From the human T2T-CHM13v2.0 reference genome, Homo sapiens, in NCBI RefSeq assembly GCF_009914755.1, contig NC_060935.1: 64,000 bases of DNA; one strand, written 5' to 3'. A program made the translations under genes and the position numbers. This document shows, in pieces, positions 1 through 12,400 of this stretch; position 1 is the stretch's first letter, and the number at the start of each line of letters is the position of its first letter. Below the pieces are notes generated by a model. It was not told the origin of the DNA. It made no database searches and worked only from the letters and a program-made list of their open reading frames with translations.

Positions 1-151
1 ACTTCATCTAAAAACCAAACGGAAGCATTCACAGACAATTCTTAGTGATCATTGCATTGAACTAACAGAGCTGAACATTCCTTTAGATGGAGCAGTTTCC
101 AAACACACTTTCTGTAGAACCTGCAAGTGGATATTTGGACCTCTCTGAGGA

Positions 152-168
152 TTTCGTTGGAAACGGGA
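152..168 (+). other. CENP-B box 1 (TTTCGTTGGAAACGGGA), present once per HOR
   Basis: Matches the 17-bp CENP-B box core nTTCGnnnnAnnCGGGn at all nine key positions and recurs every 850 bp. Confidence 0.95.
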
Positions 169-318
169 TAAACTTCCCAGAACTACACGGAAGCATTCTG
201 AGAAACTTCTTTGTGATGTTTGCATTCAACTCACAGAGTTGAACCTTGCTTTCATAGTTCAGCTTTCAAACCCTCTTTTTGTAGAATCTGCAAGTGGATA
301 TTTGGACCACTTTGTGGC

Positions 319-335
319 CTTCCTTCGAAACGGGT
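319..335 (+). other. Degenerate CENP-B box (CTTCCTTCGAAACGGGT), fixed across the array
   Basis: It occupies the box position of the second B-type monomer, but the essential TTCG reads TTCC, so it is predicted non-binding. I saw no copy with TTCG restored. Confidence 0.85.
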
Positions 336-660
336 ATATCTTCACATCAAACCTAGACAGAAGCATTCTCAGAATGTTTCCTGTGATGACTGCATTCAAC
401 TCACAGAGGTGAACAATCCTGCTGATGGAGGAGTTTTGAAACTCTCTTTCTTTGGATTCTGCAAGTGGATATGTGGACCTCTGTGAAGATTTCGTTGGAA
501 ACCGCTTCATCTTCACAGAAAAACTAAACAGAAGCATTCTCAGAAACTGCTTTGTGATGTTTGTGTTCCACTTCAGGAATTGAACTTTCCTCTTGACAGA
601 GCAGCTCTGAAACCCTCTTATTCTAGAATCTGCAAGTGGACATTTGGAGGGCTTTGAGGC

Positions 661-677
661 CTGTGGTGGAAAAGGAA
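661..677 (+). other. A-type monomer pJalpha-like box (CTGTGGTGGAAAAGGAA); a second, more diverged copy CTACTGTAGTAAAGGAA lies at 831-847
   Basis: It sits at the position homologous to the CENP-B box and has one mismatch to the pJalpha consensus CTAYGGTGRAAAAGGAA. Confidence 0.75.
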
Positions 678-1338
678 AATCTTCACATAAAAACTAGATG
701 GAAGCATTCTCAGAAACTACTTTGTGATGATTGCATTCGACTCACAGAGTTGAACATTCCTATAGATAGAGCAGGTTGTAAACAATCTTTTTCTAGAATC
801 TGCTATTGGAGATTTGGACTGCTTTGAGGCCTACTGTAGTAAAGGAAATAACTTCATCTAAAAACCAAACGGAAGCATTCACAGACAATTCTCAGTGATC
901 ATTGGATTGAACTAACAGAGCTGAACATTCCTTTAGATGGAGCAGTTTCCAAACAAACTTTCTGTAGAATCTGCAAGTGGATATTTGGACTTCTCTGAGA
1001 ATTTCGTTGGAAAAGGGATAAACTTCCAGAACTACACGGAAGCATTGTGAGAAACTTCTTTGTGATGTTTGCATTCAACTCACAGAGTTGAACCTTGCTT
1101 TCATAGTTCAGCTTTCAAACACTCTTTTTGTAGAATCTGCAAGTGGATATTTGGACCACTTTGTGGCCTTCCTTCGAAACGGGTATATCTTCACATCAAA
1201 CCTAGACAGAAGCATTCTCAGAATGTTTCCTGTGATGACTGCATTCAACTCACAGAGGTGAACAATCCTGCTGATGGAGCAGTTTTGAAACTCTCTTTCT
1301 TTGGATTCTGCATGTGGATATGTTGACCTCTGTGAAGA

Positions 1339-1355
1339 TTTCGTTGGAAACGGGT
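1339..1355 (+). other. CENP-B box 2 (TTTCGTTGGAAACGGGT), present once per HOR; the copy at 490-506 is mutated (CGGG>CCGC)
   Basis: Full match to nTTCGnnnnAnnCGGGn, in the third B-type monomer of the unit. Confidence 0.93.
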
Positions 1356-3425
1356 TCATCTTCACAGAAAAACTAAACAGGAGCATTCTCAGAAACTGCT
1401 TTGTGATGTTTGTGTTCCACTTCAAGAATTGAACTTTCCTCTTGACAGAGCAGCTCTGAAACCCTCTTTTTCTAGAATCTGCAAGTGGACATTTGGAAGG
1501 ATTTGAGGCCTGTGGTGGAAAAGGAAAATCTTCACATAAAAACTAGATGGAAGCATTCTCAGAAACTACTTTGTGATGATTGCATTCGACTCACAGAGTT
1601 GAACATTCCTATAGATAGAGCAGGTTGTAAACAATCCTTTTGTAGAATCTGCGATTGGAGATTTGGACTGCTTTGAGGCCTACTGTAGTAAAGGAAATAA
1701 CTTCATCTAAAAACCAAACGGAAGCATTTACAGACAATTCTTAGTGATCATTGGATTGAACTAACAGAGCTGAACATTCCTTTAGATGGAGCAGTTTCCA
1801 AACCCACTTTCTGTAGAATCTGCAAGTGGATATTTGGACTTCTCTGAGGATTTCGTTGGAAACGGGATAAACTTCCCAGAACTACAGGGAAGCATTGTGA
1901 GAAATTTCTTTGTGATGTTTGCATTCAACTCACAGAGTTGAACCTTGCTTTCATAGTTCAGCTTTCAAACACTCTTTTTGTAGAATCTGCAAGTGGATAT
2001 TTGGACCACTTTGTGGCCTTCCTTCGAAACGGGTATATCTTCACATCAAACCTAGACAGAAGCATTCTCAGAATGTTTCCTGTGATGACTGCATTCAACT
2101 CACAGAGGTGAACAATCCTGTTGATGGAGCACTTTTGAACCTCTCTTTCTTTGGATTCTGCAAGTAGATATGTGGACCTCTGTGAAGATTTCGTTGGAAA
2201 CGGGTTCATCTTCACAGAAAAACTAAACAGAAGCATTCTCAGAAACTACTTTGTGATGTTTGTGTTCCACTTCAAGAATTGAACTTTCCTCTTGACAGAG
2301 CAGCTCTGAAACCCTCTTATTCTAGAATCTGCAAGTGGACATTTGGAGGGCTTTGAGGCCTGTGGTGGAAAAGGAAAATCTTCACATAAAAACTAGATGG
2401 AAGCATTCTCAGAAACTACTTTGTGATGATTGCATTCGACTCACAGAGTTGAACATTCCTATAGATAGAGCAGGTTGTAAACAATCTTTTTGTAGAATCT
2501 GCGATTGGAGATTTGGACTGCTTTGAGGCCTACTGTAGTAAAGGAAATAACTTCATCTAAAAACCAAACGGAAGCATTCACAGACAATTCTTAGTGATCA
2601 TTGCATTGAACTAACAGAGCTGAACATTCCTTTACATGGCGCAGTTTCCAAACACACTTTCTGTAGAATCTGCAAGTGGATATTTGGACCTCTCTGAGGA
2701 TTTCGTTGGAAACGGGATAAACTTCCCAGAACTACACGGAAGCATTGTGAGAAACTTCTTTGTGATGTTTGCATTCAACTCACAGAGTTGAACCTTGCTT
2801 TCATAGTTCAGCTTTCAAACCCTCTTTTTGTAGAATCTGCAAGTGGATATTTGGACCACTTTGTGGCCTTCCTTCGAAACGGATATATCTTCACATCAAA
2901 CCTAGACAGAAGCATTCTCAGAATGTTTCCTGTCATGACTGCATTCAACTCCCTGAGGTGAACAATCCTGCTGATGGAGCAGTTTTGAACCTCTCTTTCT
3001 TTGGATTCTGCAAGTGGATATGTGTACCACTGTGAAGATTTCGTTGGAAACGGGTTCATCTTCACAGAAAAACTAAACAGAAGCATTCTCAGAAACTGCT
3101 TTGTGATGTTTGTGTTCCACTTCAGGAATTGAACTTTCCTCTTGACAGAGCAGCTCTGAAACCCTCTTTTTCTAGAATCTGCAAGTGGACATTTGGAGGG
3201 CTTTGAGGCCTGTGGTGGAAAAGGAAAATCTTCACATAAAAACTTTATGGAAGCATTCTCAGAAACTTCTTTGTGATCATTGCATTCGACTCACAGAGTT
3301 GAACATTCCTATAGATAGAGCAGGTTGTAAACAATCTTTTTGTAGAATCTGCGATTGGAGATTTGGACTGCTTTGAGGCCTACTGTAGTAAAGGAAATAA
3401 CTTCATCTAAAAACCAAACGGAAGC

Positions 3426-6400
3426 ATTCACAGACAATTCTTAGTGATCATTGGATTGAACTAACAGAGCTGAACATTCCTTTAGATGGCGCAGTTTCCA
3501 AACACACTTTCTGTAGAATCTGCAAGTGGATATTTGGACTTCTCTGAGGATTTCGTTGGAAACGGGATAAACTTCCCAGAACTACACGGAAGCCTTGTGA
3601 GAAACTTCTTTGTGATGTTTGCATTCAACTCACAGAGTTGAACCTTGCTTTCATAGTTCAGCTTTCAAACACTCTTTTTGTAGAATCTGCAAGTCGATAT
3701 TTTGACCACTTTTTGGGCTTCCTTCGAAACGGGTATATCTTCACATCAAACCTAGACAGAAACATTCTCAGAATGTTTCCTGTGATGACTGCATTCAACT
3801 CACAGAGGTGAACAATCCTGCTGATGGAGCAGTTTTGAAACTCTCTTTCTTTGGATTCTGCAAGTGGATATGTGGACCTCTGTGAAGATTTCGTTGGAAA
3901 CGGGTTCATCTTCACAGAAAAACTAAACAGGAGCATTCTCAGAAACTGCTTTGTGATGTTTGTGTTCCACTTCAAGAATTGAACTTTCCTCTTGACAGAG
4001 CAGCTCTGAAACCCTATTTTTCTAGAATATGCAAGTGGACATTTGGAGGGCTTTGAGGCCTGTGGTGGAAAAGGAAAATCTTCACATAAAAACTAGATGG
4101 AAGCATTCTCAGAAACTACTTTGTGATGATTGCATTCGACGCACAGAGTTGAACATTCCTATAGATAGAGCAGGTTGTAAACAATCTTTTTGTAGAATCT
4201 GCGATTGGAGATTTGGACTGCTTTGAGGCCTACTGTAGTAAAGGAAATAACTTCATCTAAAAACCAAACGGAAGCATTCACAGACAATTCTTAGTGATCA
4301 TTGCATTGAACTAACAGAGCTGAACATTCCTTTAGATGGAGCAGTTTCCAAACCCACTTTCTGTAGAATCTTCAAGTGGATATTTGGACTTCTCTGAGGA
4401 TTTCGTTGGAAACGGGATAAACTTCCCAGAACTACACGGAAGCATTGTGAGAAACTTCTTTGTGATGTTTGCATTCAACTCACAGAGTTGAACCTTGCTT
4501 TCATAGTTCAGCTTTCAAACACTCTTTTTGTAGAATCTGCAAGTGGATATTTGGACCACTTTGTGGCCTTCCTTCGAAACGGGTATATCTTCCCATCAAA
4601 CCTAGACAGAAGCATTCTCAGAATGTTTCCTGTGATGACTGCATTCAACTCACAGAGGTGAACAATCCTGTTGATGGAGCAGTTTTGAAACTCTCTTTCT
4701 TTGGATTCTGCAAGTTGATATGTGGACCTCTGTGAAGATTTCGTTGGAAACGGGTTCATCTTCACAGAAAAACTAAACAGAAGCATTCTCTGAAACTACT
4801 TTGTGATGTTTGTGTTCCACTTCTAGAATTGAACTTTCCTCTTGACAGAGCAGCTCTGAAACCCTCTTTTTCTAGAATCTGCAAGTGGACATTTGGAGGG
4901 CTTTGAGGCCTGTGGTGGAAAAGGAAAATCTTCACATAAAAACTAGATGGAAGCATTCTCAGAAACTACTTTGTGATGATTGCATTCGACTCACAGAGTT
5001 GAACATTCCTATAGATAGAGTAGGTTGTAAACAATCTTTTTGTAGAATCTGCGATTGGAGATTTGGACTGCTTTGAGGCCTACTGTAGTAAAGGAAATAA
5101 CTTCATCTAAAAACCAAACGGAAGCATTCACAGACAATTCTTAGTGATCATTGCATTGAACTAACAGAGCTGAACATTCCTTTAGATGGCGCAGTTTCCA
5201 AACACACTTTCTGTAGAATCTGCAAGTGGATATTTGGACCTCTCTGAGGATTTCGTTGGAAACGGGATAAACTTCCCAGAACTACACGGAAGCATGCTGA
5301 GAAACTTCTTTGTGATGTTTGCATTCAACTCACAGAGTTGAACCTTGCTTTCATAGTTCAGCTTTCAAACACTCTTTTTGTAGAATCTGCAAGTGGATAT
5401 TTGGACCACTTTGTGGCCTTCCTTCGAAACGGGTATATCTTCACATCAAACCTAGACAGAAGCATTCTCAGAATGTTTCCTGTGATGACTGCATTCAACT
5501 CACAGAGGTGAACAATCCTGCTGATGGAGCAATTTTGAAACTCTCTTTCTTTGGATTCTGCAAGTGGATATGTGGACCTCTGTGAAGATTTCGTTGGAAA
5601 CGGGTTCATCTTCACAGAAAAACTAAACAGAAGCATTCTCAGAAACTGCTTTGTGATGTTTGTGTTCCACTTCAGGAATTGAACTTTCCTCTTGACAGAG
5701 CAGCTCTGAAACCCTCTTATTCTAGAATCTGCAAGTGGACATTTGGAGGGCTTTGAGGCCTGTGGTGGAAAAGGAAAATCTTCACATAAAAACTAGATGG
5801 AAGCATTCTCAGAAACTACTTTGTGATGATTGCATTCGACTCACAGAGTTGAACATTCCTATAGATAGAGCAGGTTGTAAACAATCTTTTTGTAGAATCT
5901 GCGATTGGAGATTTGGACTGCTTTGAGGCCTACTGTAGTAAAGGAAATAACTTCATCTAAAAACCAAACGGAAGCATTCACAGACAATTCTTAGTGATCA
6001 TTGCATTGAACTAACAGAGCTGAACATTCCTTTAGATGGCGCAGTTTCCAAACACACTTTCTGTAGAATCTGAAAGTGGATATTTGGACTTCTCTGAGAA
6101 TTTCGTTGGAAACGGGATAAACTTCCCAGAACTACACGGAAGCATTGTGAGAAACTTCTTTGTGATGTTTGCATTCAACTCACAGAGTTGAAACTTGCTT
6201 TCATAGTTCAGCTTTCAAACACTCTTTTTGTAGAATCTGCAAGTGGATATTTGGACCACTTTGTGGCCTTCCTTCGAAACGGGTATATCTTCACATCAAA
6301 CCTAGACATAAGCATTCTCAGAATGTTTCCTGTGAAGACTGCATTCAACTCACAGAGATGAACAATCCTGTTGATGGAGCACTTTGGAAACTCTCTTTCT

Positions 6401-9400
6401 TTGGATTCTGCAAGTTGATATGTGGACCTCTGTGAAGATTTCGTTGGAAACGGGTTCATCTTCACAGAAAAACTAAACAGAAGCATTCTCAAAAACTACT
6501 TTGTGATGTTTGTGTTCCACTTCAAGAATTGAACTTTCCTCTTGACAGAGCAGTTCTGAAAACCTCTTTTTCTAGAATCTGCAAGTGGACATTTGGAGGG
6601 CTTTGAGGCCTGTGGTGGAAAAGGAAAATCTTCACATAAAAACTAGATGGAAGCATTCTCAGAAACTACTTTGTGATGATTGCATTCGACTCACAGAGTT
6701 GAACATTCCTATAGATAGAGCAGGTTGTAAACAATCTTTTTGTAGAATCTGCGATTGGAGATTCGGACTGCTTTGAGGCCTACTGTAGTAAAGGAAATAA
6801 CTTCATCTAAAAACCAAACGGAAGCATTCACAGACAATTCTTAGTGATCATTGCATTGAACTAACAGAGCTGAACATTCCTTTAGATGGCGCAGTTTCCA
6901 AACACACTTTCTGTAGAATCTGCAAGTGGATATTTGGACCTCTCTGAGGATTTCGTTGGAAACGGGATAAACTTCCCAGAACTACACGGAAGCATGCTGA
7001 GAAACTTCTTTGTGATGTTTGCATTCAACTCACAGAGTTGAACCTTGCTTTCATAGTTCAGCTTTCAAACACTCTTTTTGTAGAATCTGCAAGTGGATAT
7101 TTGGACCACTTTGTGGCCTTCCTTGAAACGGGTATATCTTCACATCAAACCTAGACAGAAGCATTCTCAGAATGTTTCCTGTGATGACTGCATTCAACTC
7201 ACAGAGGTGAACAATCCTGCTGATGGAGCAGTTTTGAAACTCTCTTTCTTTGGATTCTGCAAGTGGATATGTGGACCTCTGTGAAGATTTCGTTGGAAAC
7301 GGGTTCATCTTCACAGAAAAACTAAACAGAAGCATTCTCAGAAACTGCTTTGTGATGTTTGTGTTCCACTTCAGGAATTGAACTTTCCTCTTGACAGAGC
7401 AGCTCTGAAACCCTCTTTTTCTAGAATCTGCAAGTGGACATTTGGAGGGCTTTGAGGCCTGTGGTGGAAAAGGAAAATCTTCACATAAAAACTAGATGGA
7501 AGCATTCTCAGAAACTACTTTGTGATGATTGCATTCGACTCACAGAGTTGAACATTCCTATAGATAGAGCAGGTTGTAAACAATCTTTTTCTAGAATCTG
7601 CTATTGGAGATTTGGACTCCTTTGAGGCCTACTGTAGTAAAGGAAATAACTTCATCTAAAAACCAAACGGAAGCATTCACAGACAATTCTCAGGATCATT
7701 GGATTGAACTAACAGAGCTGAACATTCCTTTAGATGGAGCAGTTTCCAAACACACTTTCTGTAGAATCTGCAAGTGGATATTTGGACTTCTCTGAGAATT
7801 TCGTTGGAAAAGGGATAAACTTCCCAGAACTACACGGAAGCATTGTGAGAAACTTCTTTGTGATGTTTGCATTCAACTCACAGAGTTGAACCTTGCTTTC
7901 ATAGTTCAGCTTTCAAACACTCTTTTTGTAGAATCTGCAAGTGGATATTTGGACCACTTTGTGGCCTTCCTTCGAAACGGGTATATCTTCACATCAAACC
8001 TAGACAGAAGCATTCTCAGAATGTTTCCTGTGATGACTGCATTCAACTCACAGAGGTGAACAATCCTGCTGATGGAGCAGTTTTGAAACTCTCTTTCTTT
8101 GGATTCTGCATGTGGATATGTTGACCTCTGTGAAGATTTCGTTGGAAACGGGTTCATCTTCACAGAAAAACTAAACAGGAGCATTCTCAGAAACTGCTTT
8201 GTGATGTTTGTGTTCCACTTCAAGAATTGAACTTTCCTCTTGACAGAGCAGCTCTGAAACCCTCTTTTTCTAGAATCTGCAAGTGGACATTTGGAAGGAT
8301 TTGAGGCCTGTGGTGGAAAAGGAAAATCTTCATATAAAAACTAGATGGAAGCATTCTCAGAAACTACTTTGTGATGATTGCATTCGACTCACAGAGTTGA
8401 ACATTCCTATAGATAGAGCAGGTTGTAAACAATCTTTTTGTAGAATCTGCGATTGGAGATTTGGACTGCTTTGAGGCCTACTGTAGTAAAGGAAATAACT
8501 TCATCTAAAAACCAAACGGAAGCATTTACAGACAATTCTTAGTGATCATTGGATTGAACTAACAGAGCTGAACATTCCTTTAGATGGAGCAGTTTCCAAA
8601 CCCACTTTCTGTAGAATCTGCAAGTGGATATTTGGACTTCTCTGAGGATTTCGTTGGAAACGGGATAAACTTCCCAGAACTACAGGGAAGCATTGTGAGA
8701 AACTTCTTTGTGATGTTTGCATTCAACTCACAGAGTTGAACCTTGCTTTCATAGTTCAGCTTTCAAACACTCTTTTTGTAGAATCTGCAAGTGGATATTT
8801 GGACCACTTTGGGGCCTTCCTTCGAAACGGGTATATCTTCACATCAAACCTAGACAGAAGCATTCTCAGAATGTTTCCTGTGATGACTGCATTCAACTCA
8901 CAGAGGTGAACAATCCTGTTGATGGAGCACTTTTGAAACTCTCTTTCTTTGGATTCTGCAAGTTGATATGTGGACCTCTGTGAAGATTTCGTTGGAAACG
9001 GGTTCATCTTCACAGAAAAACTAAACAGAAGCATTCTCAGAAACTACTTTGTGATGTTTGTGTTCCACTTCAAGAATTGAACTTTCCTCTTGACAGAGCA
9101 GCTCTGAAACCCTCTTTTTCTAGAATCTGCAAGTGGACATTTGGAGGGCTTTGAGGCCTGTGGTGGAAAAGGAAAATCTTCACATAAAAACTAGATGGAA
9201 GCATTCTCAGAAACTACTTTGTGATGATTGCATTCGTCTCACAGAGTTGAACATTCCTATAGATAGAGCAGGTTGTAAACAATCTTTTTGTAGAATCTGC
9301 GATTGGAGATTTGGACTGCTTGGAGGCCTACTGTAGTAAAGTAAATAACTTCATCTAAAAACCAAACGGAAGCATTCACAGACAATTCTTAGTGATCATT

Positions 9401-12400
9401 GCATTGAACTAACAGAGCTGAACATTCCTTTAGATGGCGCAGTTTCCAAACACACTTTCTGTAGAATCTGCAAGTGGATATTTGGACCTCTCTGAGGATT
9501 TCGTTGGAAACCGGATAAACTTCCCAGAACTACACGGAAGCACTGTGAGAAAATTCTTTGGATGTTTGCATTCAACTCACAGAGTTGAACCTTGCTTTCA
9601 TAGTTCAGCTTTCAAACACTCTTTTTGTAGAATCTGCAAGTGGATATTTGGACCACTTTGTGGCCTTCCTTCGAAACGGGTATATCTTCCCATCAAACCT
9701 AGACAGAAGCATTCTCAGAATGTTTCCTGTGATGACTGCATTCAACTCACAGAGGTGAACAATCCTGTTGATGGAGCACTTTTGAAACTCTCTTTCTTTG
9801 GATTCTGCAAGTTGATATGTGGACCTCTGTGAAGATTTCGTTGGAAACGGGTTCATCTTCACAGAAAAACTAAACAGAAGCATTCTCAGAAACTACTATG
9901 TGATGTTTGTGTTCCACTTCAAGAATTGAACTTTCCTCTTGACAGAGCAGCTCTGAAACCCTCTTTTTCTAGAATCTGCAAGTGAACATTTGGAGGGCTT
10001 TGAGGCCTGTGGTGGAAAAGGAAAATCTTCACATAAAAACTAGATGGAAGCATTCTCAGAAACTACTTTGTGATGATTGCATTCGACTCACAGAGTTGAA
10101 CATTCCTATAGATAGAGCAGGTTGTAAACAATCTTTTTGTAGAATCTGCGATTGGAGATTTGGACTGCTTTGAGGCCTACTGTAGTAAAGGAAATAACTT
10201 CATCTAAAAACCAAACGGAAGCATTCACAGACAATTCTTAGTGATCATTGCATTGAACTAACAGAGCTGAACATTCCTTTAGATGGCGCAGTTTCCAAAC
10301 ACACTTTCTGTAGAATCTGCAAGTGGATATTTGGACCTCTCTGAGGATTTCGTTAGAAAAGGGATAAACTTCCCAGAACTACACGGAAGCATGCTGAGAA
10401 ACTTCTTTGTGATGTTTGCATTCAACTCACAGAGTTGAACCTTGCTTTCATAGTTCAGCTTTCAAACACTCTTTTTGTAGAATCTGCAAGTGGATATTTG
10501 GACCACTTTGTGGCCTTCCTTGAAACGGGTATATCTTCACATCAAACCTAGACAGAAGCATTCTCAGAATGTTTCCTGTGATGACTGCATTCAACTCACA
10601 GAGGTGAACAATCCTGCTGATGGAGCAGTTTTGAAACTCTCTTTCTTTGGATTCTGCAAGTGGATATGTGGACCTCTGTGAAGATTTCGTTGGAAACGGG
10701 TTCATCTTCACAGAAAAACTAAACAGAAGCATTCTCAGAAACTGCTTTGTGATGTTTGTGTTCCACTTCAGGAATTGAACTTTCCTCTTGACAGAGCAGC
10801 TCTGAAACCCTCTTATTCTAGAATCTGCAAGTGGACATTTGGAGGGCTTTGAGGCCTGTGGTGGAAAAGGAAAATCTTCACATAAAAACTAGATGGAAGC
10901 ATTCTCAGAAACTACTTTGTGATGATTGCATTCGACTCACAGAGTTGAACATTCCTATAGATAGAGCAGGTTGTAAACAATCTTTTTGTAGAAAATGCGA
11001 TTGGAGATTTGGACTGCTTTGAGGCCTACTGTAGTAAAGGAAATAACTTCATCTAAAAACCAAACGGAAGCATTCACAGACAATTCTTAGTGATCATTGG
11101 ATTGAACTAACAGAGCTGAACATTCCTTTAGATGGAGCAGTTTCCAAACCCACTTTCTGTAGAATATGCAAGTGGATATTTGGACTTCTCTGAGGATTTC
11201 GTGGGAAACGGGATAAACTTCCCAGAACTACACGGAAGCATTGTGAGAAACTTCTTTGTGATGTTTGCATTCAACTCACAGAGTTGAACCTTGCTTTCAT
11301 AGTTCAGCTTTCAAACACTCTTTTTGTAGAATCTGCAAGTGGATATTTGGACCACTTTGTGGCCTTCCTTCGAAACGGGTATATCTTCACATCAAACCTA
11401 GACAGAAGCATTCTCAGAATGTTTCCTGTGATGACTGCATTCAACTCACAGAGGTGAACAATCCTGCTGATGGAGCAGTTTTGAAACTCTCTTTCTTTGG
11501 ATTCTGCAGGTGGATATGTGGACCTCTGTGAAGATTTCGTTGGAAACGGGTTCATCTTCACAGAAAAACTAAACAGGAGCATTCTCAGAAACTGCTTTGT
11601 GATGTTTGTGTTCCACTTCAAGAATTGAACTTTCCTCTTGACAGAGCAGCTCTGAAACCCTCTTTTTCTAGAATCTGCAAGTGGACATTTGGAGGGCTTT
11701 GAGTCCTGTGGTGGAAAAGGAAAATCTTCACATAAAAACTAGATGGAAGCATTCTCAGAAACTACTTTGTGATGATTGCATTCGACGCACAGAGTTGAAC
11801 ATTCCTATAGATAGAGCAGGTTGTAAACAATCTTTTTGTAGAATCTGCGATTGGAGATTTGGACTGCTTTGAGGCCTACTGTAGTAAAGGAAATAACTTC
11901 ATCTAAAAACCAAACGGAAGCATTCACAGACAATTCTTAGTGATCATTGCATTGAACTAACAGAGCTGAACATTCCTTTAGATGGAGCAGTTTCCAAACC
12001 CACTTTCTGTAGAATCTTCAAGTGGATATTTGGACTTCTCTGAGGATTTCGTTGGAAACGGGATAAACTTCCCAGAACTACACGGAAGCATTGTGAGAAA
12101 CTTCTTTGTGATGTTTGCATTCAACTCACAGAGTTGAACCTTGCTTTCATAGTTCAGCTTTCAAACACTCTTTTTGTAGAATCTGCAAGTGGATATTTGG
12201 ACCACTTTGTGGCCTTCCTTCGAAACGGGTATATCTTCACATCAAACCTAGACAGAAGCATTCTCAGAATGTTTCCTGTGATGACTGCATTCAACTCACA
12301 GAGGTGAACAATCCTGTTGATGGAGCAGTTTTGACTCTCTTTCTTTGGATTCTGCAAGTTGATATGTGGACCTCTGTGAAGATTTCGTTGGAAACGGGTT

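Larger units (their letters stand above)
26..875 (+). repeat. First complete HOR unit: five monomers of 168, 170, 171, 170 and 171 bp (starts 26, 194, 364, 535, 705 in the CATT phase)
   Basis: The aagcatt motif gives monomer starts at 26, 194, 364, 535, 705 and 876; the lengths sum to 850. Monomers within a unit differ clearly from each other, while equivalent monomers in adjacent units are nearly identical. Confidence 0.95.

Noticed and set aside
324-329. Short palindromes (TTCGAA, TGATCA, GAGCAGCTC) as cruciform or regulatory elements
   Set aside because: They are only 6-9 bp, expected by chance and simply part of the consensus; there is no evidence of function from sequence alone.
9434-9832. 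Longest ORF (132 aa)
   Set aside because: It arises from a private 1-bp deletion near 9560 that joins two satellite frames; nothing supports coding function.
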